From contig NZ_QLIR01000019.1 in NCBI RefSeq assembly GCF_003428155.1, forward strand, positions 1-31,241: 31,241 nucleotides of DNA. Reading direction: 5' to 3'. The notes below the pieces were generated by a model. The model did not search any database. It saw nothing but the letters and a program-made list of their open reading frames with translations, and was not told the DNA's origin. The translations under genes were made by a program, and so were the position numbers. Source of the DNA: Fastidiosibacter lacustris (GTDB taxonomy: Bacteria > Pseudomonadota > Gammaproteobacteria > Francisellales > Francisellaceae). This document shows positions 10,193 through 18,900 of the stretch, in pieces. Numbering within the stretch: position 1 is the stretch's first letter; each line of letters begins with the position of its first letter.

Positions 10193-12088
10193 ATGTCATA
10201 TCAAGTTTTAGCAAGAAAGCATCGCCCTAAAAACTTTTCTGAAGTCGTTGGGCAGGAGCACGTTTTAAACAGTCTTATTCATGGCTTAGATCAAAACCGC
10301 TTGCATCATGCTTACCTTTTTACCGGTACACGCGGTGTTGGAAAAACCTCATTAGCACGCTTATTAGCAAAGTCTGTCAATTGCCTTAAAGGTGTGTCAT
10401 CTAAGCCATGTGGAAACTGTGATCATTGCATTGCAATCGAGCAAGGTCGTTTCGTTGATTTAATTGAAATTGATGCTGCTTCACGCACTAAAGTTGAAGA
10501 TACTAGAGATATCTTAGATAACGTTCAATATATGCCAAGCCAAGGTAAATATAAAATATACCTCATCGATGAGGTACATATGTTATCTCAACACAGCTTT
10601 AATGCACTTTTAAAAACATTAGAAGAACCACCCGAACATGTTAAATTTTTACTCGCCACAACAGATCCACATAAACTACCCATTACAATTCTATCGCGCT
10701 GTTTACAGTTCAATTTAAAGCATATTACCGAGCTTCAGATCAAACGTAAACTTGAGGATATTTTAAGCTATGAACAAATTCCTTTTGAAACAGATGCGCT
10801 TAGTGTTATTGCGCATGCAGCCGATGGCAGCATGAGGGATGCCTTAAGCCTAACCGATCAGTCTATCGCTTTTAGTAAAGGTCAAATCGTAACAGCGGAT
10901 GTAAAAGCGATGCTGGGTATTGTTGATACACAAATGCTCGACACCTTACTTTTGCTTATTTTAGAAGAAAATACAACAGCATTAATCGAGTATAGTAATG
11001 ATATTATTCAAGCAGGTAAATCCCCTGAGTCCGTGTTAAATGCGATTTCGGAATGCTTTTACTATGCAAGCTTGACTAATTTTAAAATGTTGAATTTAGA
11101 GAATTTACCTTGTACAACTGAAGTTTTAACAGCAATTACCCAAAACTACTCACTTGATCAACTTCAACTTTATTATCAGCTCTCCATTAAAGCTAAAGAA
11201 GATATTCATTTAGCTCCAACTGCTCAATGTGGTTTAGGTATGGCGTTACTTAGGCTTTGTGCTTTTTCTTTAGATTTAAATACCCCTTTCCAGGAAAATA
11301 CAGCTTATTCTAGATCACAAGTACAGAAAAAAAATGAAGAATTAGATGAACTAAAAGCACCCCTAACACACTCTAAAAAAGAGTCTTATTCGCCCATAAC
11401 GTCAATACCGCAAGAAACAAGTCATATTGACAACTTAACCCAAACACAAGAGAAAACGCTTCACTATCCTACAGACACCCCTTCCCCTTTACAAGAGATA
11501 AAAGAAATAAATTTGGTAGATATACTTTCCCAACACTCCTCTCCACAAGTGACAGCGTATGAAAAACACTTAGAAAAGATCGACTGGTATCAAATCAGTC
11601 AAAGCTTAGGTTTAAAAGGCACGGTATTACAAGTTGTACTGAATTGTAGTCTTTTTAGCATTGACAATAATATTTATACTCTACAGGCTGCTGATTCTAT
11701 CAAAGCGCTCATCACACCTAATTCAATTCAGAAAATTGAAGATGCATTATCAAAACGTCAAGGTCATAAAATCATACTTGAGTTTACCCATCTAAATATA
11801 CAAAATAAAACAACTCGCCCTATTTCTACCAGTCAACAAAAAATCAAGGAGTTAGAAACTAATAATTTTTCCGTACAACAAAATCAAGAAAACATAGCAG
11901 ATTTAGCCAAAGTAACCTCTTTTGAAACTTCATCTCACAATACGCCTGCACAAATCAATCAGCAACAAAAAGAAAAAAGAATCGACCAGATCTATCAAAG
12001 TTTAAAGCAAAACGCTGATATCCAAAAATTAGAGTCAATTGGATTTGAGGTCTTAAAAGAGAATATAAAGCTCACAACTTTACCATAA
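10193..12088 (+). CDS. dnaX: DNA polymerase III subunit gamma/tau
   Basis: 631 aa. YQVLARKHRPKNFSEVVGQEHVLNSL, Walker A GTRGVGKTSLARLLAKS, zinc-binding CGNCDHC, LIDEVHMLS. Confidence 0.97.
   Translation: MSYQVLARKHRPKNFSEVVGQEHVLNSLIHGLDQNRLHHAYLFTGTRGVGKTSLARLLAKSVNCLKGVSSKPCGNCDHCIAIEQGRFVDLIEIDAASRTKVEDTRDILDNVQYMPSQGKYKIYLIDEVHMLSQHSFNALLKTLEEPPEHVKFLLATTDPHKLPITILSRCLQFNLKHITELQIKRKLEDILSYEQIPFETDALSVIAHAADGSMRDALSLTDQSIAFSKGQIVTADVKAMLGIVDTQMLDTLLLLILEENTTALIEYSNDIIQAGKSPESVLNAISECFYYASLTNFKMLNLENLPCTTEVLTAITQNYSLDQLQLYYQLSIKAKEDIHLAPTAQCGLGMALLRLCAFSLDLNTPFQENTAYSRSQVQKKNEELDELKAPLTHSKKESYSPITSIPQETSHIDNLTQTQEKTLHYPTDTPSPLQEIKEINLVDILSQHSSPQVTAYEKHLEKIDWYQISQSLGLKGTVLQVVLNCSLFSIDNNIYTLQAADSIKALITPNSIQKIEDALSKRQGHKIILEFTHLNIQNKTTRPISTSQQKIKELETNNFSVQQNQENIADLAKVTSFETSSHNTPAQINQQQKEKRIDQIYQSLKQNADIQKLESIGFEVLKENIKLTTLP
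11327..11334 (+). promoter_or_regulatory. dnaX: Candidate slippery A8 run for -1 frameshift or transcript slippage in dnaX
   Basis: CAG AAA AAA AAT GAA (codons 378-382). Slipping -1 after the second AAA gives AAA then TGA (11335-11337). Confidence 0.45.
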
Positions 12089-12118
12089 GAGGTTATCAAT
12101 TTTGAATTCATAGGACGC

Positions 12119-12158
12119 GCAGCATCCATGTTAGAAATATTTCTACAATGGATGCTGC
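12119..12158. repeat. 40-bp near-perfect palindrome between convergent dnaX and pheA; candidate bidirectional terminator or small repeat
   Basis: GCAGCATCCATGTTAGAAAT | ATTTCTACAATGGATGCTGC. The two 20-nt arms match at 18/20 positions with no spacer. Confidence 0.7.
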
Positions 12159-12170
12159 TCATATTCTTCT

Positions 12171-13016
12171 CTATAATTGAACAGACTGATAACAGCCTAA
12201 ATTCTTTAAAAAAGATGTCTTTTTCAAAATAGCAAGTAATGCTGCTTGTAGATTTCGCTCTTCTTCATGTCCTTCAAAGTCAACAAAAAAACTATAATCC
12301 CAGGCACGTGAGCGCGATGGTCGTGATTCAATTTTACTCATATTAATACCATGCTCAGCTAAACAAGTTAACACTTGAACCAGTGCATTGGGTTTATGTA
12401 GTGTTGTAAAAATAATTGAGGATTTATATGCTATCCCTTGTTGATATGACTCATTTGCTCCGTCACGCCCTAACAAGAAAAATCGAGTGTAATTAAATGG
12501 TTCATCCTCAAATTGCTCCTTTAAAATTTTAAGTGAATAAGTTTTTGCGGCAAGTTTACTGGCAATGGCTGCTTGATCGAGAATACCTTTTTCAGCAATA
12601 TATTTGGCTGCTCCAGCAGTATCGACAAAGATTTTAGGACTTAGTTGCATCCTGGCAATATTGTTCTGGCACTGAGCCAATGCCTGAGGATGTGAACGCA
12701 CAAGTATAATATCATCAAATTTAGCATCAGGGTGACTCATTAAACAATGTTCAACCTTTAAAATCACTTCGTGCTGAATGCGAAGGTTATATTTTAATAA
12801 TTCGTCGTAAGCAGGAAGAACTGTCCCTGCAATTGAATTCTCAACTGGAATCATAGCAAAATTAGCTTTTTTTTCAGCTACTGCTTCTAAGGCTTCAGCA
12901 AATGACATACAAGGAAAGGTTGTAATATCTTGTATTTGCTTTTTTTGATAAAGCTTATGTATTGCTTGCTCGGAATAAGCACCTTTTTCACCTTGAAAAG
13001 ATATGATCAAACTCAA
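12171..13016 (-). CDS. pheA: Prephenate dehydratase with ACT domain, monofunctional
   Basis: 281 aa. ISFQGEKGAYSEQAIHKL, MIPVENSIAGTV and an ACT-like region with GINMSKIESRPSRSRAWDYSFFVDFEG. No chorismate mutase domain. Confidence 0.93.
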   Translation of the reverse strand: MSLIISFQGEKGAYSEQAIHKLYQKKQIQDITTFPCMSFAEALEAVAEKKANFAMIPVENSIAGTVLPAYDELLKYNLRIQHEVILKVEHCLMSHPDAKFDDIILVRSHPQALAQCQNNIARMQLSPKIFVDTAGAAKYIAEKGILDQAAIASKLAAKTYSLKILKEQFEDEPFNYTRFFLLGRDGANESYQQGIAYKSSIIFTTLHKPNALVQVLTCLAEHGINMSKIESRPSRSRAWDYSFFVDFEGHEEERNLQAALLAILKKTSFLKNLGCYQSVQL

Positions 13017-13048
13017 ATATTTCCCCTTTTACCTAAATACTTTACGGT

Positions 13049-13759
13049 CTACCTTATATTAAAAAACTGCGCTAACATTCGCTTACTATGCGCAATTAAA
13101 TTTGGATATTTATTTAACTTTACTTTTAATTCACTCTGCCACGGTGTATAAAAAATATTGGCAACAAACGCATACACTATATGGTCCAGCAGTGTTGCAT
13201 GCTCAACAAAAAAATAGTTTTTATCCGCAAGAAAATTTGCCAAGGCTTCCAGATCATGGTCTGCTTTTTCATAAATCTGTTGTGCATTTAATCTACCTAA
13301 GCCTTGTTCATAAAGTTGCTTAGTTGCATTTTTGGTCATAACTTTGAAAATGATATTGAACAAAAACTTTGGCATTTGTGTCGTGCTTGAGAGTATTTTT
13401 TGCCATGTATTCTCTGACGTTTTATCAATCCAACGGTTATAAACAAGCATCCAATATAAATGCTCTTCACACAAACGTTTATAAGCCAAAGTTTGTGATT
13501 TTTCCAATATACTTAAGTTTTTTTGCATAGGATAGGGACTTATTTCTTCAAGCATATCAATAATTAAACTACTATCAACGTAAATCTTACCATCTTTTTT
13601 AATGTACGGCATTTTTCCTGTTGGTGAGCCACGCATGTCCACGCTGTAATGATTTTTGTAATCGTATTTCTGTGCAATCAGATAGCTCTCTAGCTTCATA
13701 CAAAAGGGGCTAGTATTAGGCAATCCACACATTTTAGGAAATTGATATAACTCAATCAC
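13049..13759 (-). CDS. Glutathione S-transferase family protein, metaxin/FAXC-like
   Basis: Core starts VIELYQFPKMCGLPNTSPFCMKLESYLIAQKYDY, a thioredoxin-like GST N-domain with PFCxKxE, and has a GST C-terminal helical domain. The track start is 13813, but a GTG at 13759 better fits the domain start and overlaps the upstream gene by 8 nt. Confidence 0.7.
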   Translation of the reverse strand: MIELYQFPKMCGLPNTSPFCMKLESYLIAQKYDYKNHYSVDMRGSPTGKMPYIKKDGKIYVDSSLIIDMLEEISPYPMQKNLSILEKSQTLAYKRLCEEHLYWMLVYNRWIDKTSENTWQKILSSTTQMPKFLFNIIFKVMTKNATKQLYEQGLGRLNAQQIYEKADHDLEALANFLADKNYFFVEHATLLDHIVYAFVANIFYTPWQSELKVKLNKYPNLIAHSKRMLAQFFNIR

Positions 13760-14198
13760 AATGATCCTTATCTTGATTATTAGTTGATTTATATTGGTGA
13801 ATTTTATAATCATTTAAATCAATAATATTATTGATATATGTTTTTTCTTTAACTGTACTATCGTGCTTTTGTATTTCTATGGGTGAAATTTTTTGGTCAT
13901 CTGAAATAACCTGTAGAAAATGACCACCATTAAATTGTAAGAGACCTTTATAGCGATTAATACCATCATAACTATATTCAAACGCATATTCTCGAAATAA
14001 ACACATGCTGCCAATATTATTTTGGCGTTATAGTTTCGTCTTGGTTAAACAAACTGTATCATCAAGTAATTGCACATCCCATTGCTTACATATTTTAATT
14101 GCAGTGACGATCGCCAATTCACGCGCTTTCATTGATGTTCGCCATAGCAAAGCGACAACGACTAACACAATGATTGCACTGGCAATTGTTATACTCAT
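13752..14198 (-). pseudogene. DUF3301-family gene interrupted by an in-frame TAA (14030..14028)
   Basis: My translation from ATG at 14198: MSITIASAIIVLVVVALLWRTSMKARELAIVTAIKICKQWDVQLLDDTVCLTKTKL*RQNNIGSMCLFREYAFEYSYDGINRYKGLLQFNGGHFLQVISDDQ. Both sides of the stop match the DUF3301 pattern (one TM, ARExA, C, VQLLDxTV, Y.FEFS..G..RY.G). The track lists only the internal ORF 13752..14006. Confidence 0.75.
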
Positions 14199-14267
14199 AT
14201 TGATTTTGATCTTTGATCATCTTAATTTTTACATTATACTCCGAAGCCTATTTATGAAAAGTATTTT

Positions 14268-14843
14268 GTGCTCAACATGCTACAACACAATAAAATTATA
14301 ATTGCCATTTCAGGTGCAACAGGCATCGAATACGCCTTCAAAATGCTTACTGTTTTAAAATCATATCATATTGAAACGCATTTGATCGTCTCAAAGCCCG
14401 CTGAGATGACACGGGAATATGAAACAAGCTACCGTTCACAAGACATTAAGTCACTTGCAACATACGTCTATTCGAATGCCGATATTGGTGCACCACTTGC
14501 AAGTGGCTCTTATCGTACAGATGGAATGCTTATTATTCCAGCTTCAACTAAAATTTTAGCCGAAGTTGCCAATGGAATGGGTGACTCATTAATAACGCGT
14601 GCAGCAGATGTAGTTTTAAAGGAAAGAAGAAAACTCATCCTTTGTTTACGCGAAACCCCGTTTAATCTGATCCATATTGAAAATATGAAAAAAGCTACTT
14701 TAGCAGGTGCAATTATCATGCCACCTGTCCCTGCCTTTTACAATCACCCACAAACATTAGATGACATTATTAGCGATTTTGTATATCGTACACTTGATGT
14801 TTTTGGACTTAAACTTCCAGAAATGAAACAATGGCAGGGATAA
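14268..14843 (+). CDS. ubiX: Flavin prenyltransferase UbiX
   Basis: 191 aa. IIIAISGATGIEYAFKML, ASGSYRTDGMLIIPASTKILAEVANGMGDSLITRAADVVLKERRKLILCLRETPFN. The true start is probably ATG 14277; 14268 is GTG. Confidence 0.95.
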   Translation: MLNMLQHNKIIIAISGATGIEYAFKMLTVLKSYHIETHLIVSKPAEMTREYETSYRSQDIKSLATYVYSNADIGAPLASGSYRTDGMLIIPASTKILAEVANGMGDSLITRAADVVLKERRKLILCLRETPFNLIHIENMKKATLAGAIIMPPVPAFYNHPQTLDDIISDFVYRTLDVFGLKLPEMKQWQG

Positions 14844-15874
14844 AGATCATGTACCAACACCTAAAATATTTTTATAGCGCTTTTTTTGTCACACTCATTG
14901 GTATTATTGCTGCGGTTCTATTGGAGCCAAATCATAAATTATATGCACTTTATCTTATTTTGATCTTAGCCTTATTAGAAATTTCGTTAAGCTTTGATAA
15001 TGCTGTTGTCAATGCAAAAGTATTGGCTAAAATGCCAAAAAAATGGCAGAAAGCTTTCATATGGATTGGTTTACCAGTTGCTGTTTTTGGTATGCGCTTA
15101 ATCTTCCCGATTTTACTGGTTAGCATAACAACATCACTGTCTTTTAGTGATGTATTTAAACTTGCAACGAATGATCCAAAATCTTATCAACATGCACTTG
15201 AACTTGGCTTTCCAACCATTTGTGCCTTTGGTGGAGGCTTCTTGATCATGGTTTTTCTGAAATTTTTTGTTGCTGAAAAACATGAATTGCACTGGATCAG
15301 CTGGCTTGAAGAAAATCGTTTTGTTAGCCTGATTCGTCACTATCCTGGTGGTTATATTATTTTTGCACTCATTATTGCCTATATTGTGATTTACAATGCT
15401 GCACTTGGGCAAGGTGGCACATTAGCACTTGCTTTTTTAATGGGGCTTATAGTTCATGAAGCACTGGGTATTTTAAATTATGCATTTGGTGGGAGCATGA
15501 CAGGTAAAGTTGCTCAAAACGGGCTGATGGGATTTTTATACCTAGAGGTTTTAGATGCTTCTTTTAGCTTTGATGGCGTTATTGGCGCGTTTGCCATTTC
15601 AACCAATATTTTTATTATTATGATCGGTTTAGGTATTGGGGCGATGTATGTTCGCTCACTCACCCTCTTCTTTGTTGAGCATAAAACTTTGTCTAAATTC
15701 CGCTATCTCGAACATGGCGCGCATTATGCAATCGGCTTTCTAGCAGTTATTATGTTTATAAAAATATATACACATGTACCTGAGTGGTTAACAGGTACTG
15801 TGGGGATTGGATTAATTATTATTGCTTTTATTCATTCGAAAATTGCCAATTGTAGGGGGCTAAACTTGACTTAA
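14831..15874 (+). CDS. DUF475 domain-containing (TerC-like) integral membrane protein
   Basis: 347 aa. Polytopic, with LLEISLSFDNAVVNAKVLAKM and LYLEVLDASFSFDGVIGAFAISTNIFIIMIGLGIGAMYVRS motifs. The start may be ATG 14849, after the ubiX stop. Confidence 0.85.
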   Translation: MAGIKIMYQHLKYFYSAFFVTLIGIIAAVLLEPNHKLYALYLILILALLEISLSFDNAVVNAKVLAKMPKKWQKAFIWIGLPVAVFGMRLIFPILLVSITTSLSFSDVFKLATNDPKSYQHALELGFPTICAFGGGFLIMVFLKFFVAEKHELHWISWLEENRFVSLIRHYPGGYIIFALIIAYIVIYNAALGQGGTLALAFLMGLIVHEALGILNYAFGGSMTGKVAQNGLMGFLYLEVLDASFSFDGVIGAFAISTNIFIIMIGLGIGAMYVRSLTLFFVEHKTLSKFRYLEHGAHYAIGFLAVIMFIKIYTHVPEWLTGTVGIGLIIIAFIHSKIANCRGLNLT

Positions 15875-15946
15875 CCATTGTCCATTTATCAAAACAGGTA
15901 AATTCATGTAAGTAACCTTACGGCATTTCTATTTAGAGATGAAATT

Positions 15947-18900
15947 TCATTTACGATTGACCAAATGAGAGAAATCAATAACTCTAAATTTCCCTTCATT
16001 ATCAATAATAACGTTCCCCTGATGAAAATCAGGAAGATAAAAACTCCGATCCTGGTTGTAATTTTTTTTGAAGTCTTGATAATCTTTTAATAACCGGTTG
16101 TATTTATCCTGTCCAGCTTCAAGTAACTGCAATTTTTTCTTCACCGTTTGACCTTCAAAATAAGGCATAATTAACGCTTTATCTTGTTTAACATATTTTG
16201 CTGTTGCTAATTCAGGCTCTCTTTTACTGTAGAAACGATTAAAATTATCTGCTTCCTCCTGCAAAGACTTTACACCCTTATTTTTATGTTTAAATTTAAT
16301 GGCAACTTTTTCTTCATTTTTTAACGCTAAAAATACCCTACCTTCTTCACCTTTACCAATGATTTTGTCAAGTCTATACCCCTCTATGGTTCGATTTTGT
16401 ATCCAATCTTTTTTAATCTGTTTATTGCTAACAGCTTTAAAAAATGTCTGGGTATGGGCACCTTTTGGTGCATACCTTGCAACATAATAGAATCTAACAA
16501 TGGTAGCCCCCAATGCTACGAACCCCAAACCCATTGCTACATTTATTAAGCCAGCAAGCGTAAACTGCTGCCAATTATTTGCTACTTCACCCCAGCCAAA
16601 AACAACACCTGTTAAAACAACATTCGTTATGACTTCAGCTACAAAACCAATTAGCACAGGTAAGTACAGTCCAACCCCAGGAATAAAGCTTACAACAAGA
16701 CTTAACAAAAAAGCACCAACCCCAATCAATATTCCACCCTTATAGTTTTTGGCAAACACGTCCATAGCACTCATGATTTGTTTTTGATCCGCTTCTGTTG
16801 CGTGTCCTGTAGGATCAAAGAAATTTACAGGATTATTACTTGCATAGCTATAACCATTAATTCCACCGATACCAAAGGGTGAAGCACCATCATGCTTCAT
16901 AAATATCCTTAACTCAGAATTATACGCTCGATAACCATCACCTAAAAATTGCCATCCTGTAGCTTGATCTTGTGCTGTCATACGATAACTGAGATTATTT
17001 TTTTGTACACTGAGCGCAAACTTTTCTGCCTGATTCAAGTCACTCATGTAACCATAGGGAGTATAAACATAGTTACCTTCTATCTTATTTGCAACAACAT
17101 TACCTGTTACATTAAAACCATCATTAATTTGTGCTTGATATTCGCCATGATAAATACTTCCTCCACCGACATAATAACGCGCATCAGACTCAACTTTTTG
17201 CTCTATCAAACTATCTAAATAATAATTAACTTGACTGCTATTTTTCCCTGTTTTACTGTCTTTTAACTCCACCATCACTTGACGATCATTGGTATCATAG
17301 GTGTACCCAATTTCTTTATCCTGCATATTTAAGCGAATTAAATTTTGTGCAGCATCATACGTAAATTGATGAGTTACTAATTCGCTAGGAGTATTCTTTT
17401 CCGCCATCTGTACAATATTTCCATTCTCATCATAACTCAAAACAATACTGTTATCTTTTGTTTCAATTTTACTAACTTGAGTTGGGTCTTTATGATCATA
17501 AGAATAATGCATTACAGAAATAGCACCATCTTTTGTCACGCTCTGGACTTGTTTTAACTGATTTAATGCGTCATTGTAAAGATAATATTCTTCCTTTAAT
17601 ACCTTTCCATCAGGAGTAATTGGACATTCAAATCCTTTACAAATAAATGACTGTAGCTGCCCTAATGCTGTATAACTATATCTTTCTATACTTTCTCGCA
17701 AATTTGATTCTGCATTGTCTTCGGTTTGTATAATCTTTTCTGACTTCTGACCTAATTTATTATAACTATAATTATACGCCCTCATCATCGTTCCATTTAA
17801 ATAATTCTCTACTTTGGATAATCGCCCTAACACATCATAGCGATAAGTTTGTCCTTTGATATTATTTTGCCATAGTTCGTTTACTGTTAAATTAGGATTA
17901 TAGTTCACACCTAAACTTACGGGAGAAGCTCCTTGATACTCTGCTTTTTCTAACATCCCTAAATAGTTGCTTTGTGATTTTTGTGTTAACACAACCTTTC
18001 CATCTGCCTGGTAGCTTTTTTCTACCAATGTACCATATGAATTATAGCGCAAATCTAAACGTCTTTGGCTACCATCAGGATACAGCATATCCAACTGAGT
18101 TAAGCTCAAGGTAACAGGGTCATAATGATATTCTGTTTTGCTCACAAGCTTACCTGACGCTTCTTTTTTCTCTAAAACATGTACATTCCCATTTTGATCA
18201 TATGTCCAATTTATTTCAAATTCCTTGTCTCCCAACGTATTATAAAAAAGAGCAGTCTTAGGACTCATCCATATTTCATCATATATGGTTACAACTTTAT
18301 TCCCCTTTGCATCTTGAAATTCTATTGGTAAACCAGAATTAACGTCATATTTAATTTTAATATTTTCTTTATCATCATTTAATAATGTCGTTGACGATAA
18401 TAAATACCCTAAACTGCTAAAGCTTTGCGTACCTACTTTGATCACTTTGTTGTTTATTTTGTCGATAAGTTCTGTTTTAATGACATTGCCATAATCGTCA
18501 TACTGATACTTTAGCTCACTTAATCTATGCCAAACCTTTCCCACTTTATAGCTTGTTGTCTTACCAATCAATACTCCAATTTGTTCTTTATCATACTCAT
18601 AGGTCTCCATTAAGCCCTCTACCATATTTTCGCTTTGCATGGGAATTCCTTCCTTCATTTGCGTTTTAATAAACGACATCGCCATACAATTTTGATTGGG
18701 AGAACTACAGGTTTTCTTTATCGAATCAGCTAAAGTAGTTAAGGCATACCTATCAAGCCATCTGCCTTTCTTAGCCTCTGCTACTAAAGCTTGAATCTGC
18801 TCTTTTACTGCTTGATCTTTACTATACAAAGCCATACGACCACCTGTTTCGTCCGTATACCGAAAATCAGGCTGCATAATGATGCCATAATGATATTGAT

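Noticed and set aside
12930-13323. Two plus-strand ORFs (12930..13151 and 13102..13323) over pheA and the GST-family gene
   Set aside because: Overlap each other and well-supported minus-strand genes; no recognisable domains.
14005-14301. Plus-strand 98-aa ORF, partly hydrophobic (IALAIVILILILIFDH)
   Set aside because: The opposite strand encodes a clear DUF3301 N-terminus; the hydrophobic stretch is largely its complement and flank.
14510-15412. Minus-strand ORFs 14510..14719 and 15134..15412
   Set aside because: Antisense to confidently assigned ubiX and DUF475 genes.
16299-17218. Plus-strand ORFs 16299..16487, 16500..16745 and 16949..17218, considered as possible antisense immunity genes for the kinase tip
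   Set aside because: Each is fully embedded in the RHS coding region and reads as the complement of its hydrophobic or YD-repeat sequence; no domain or independent coding signal.
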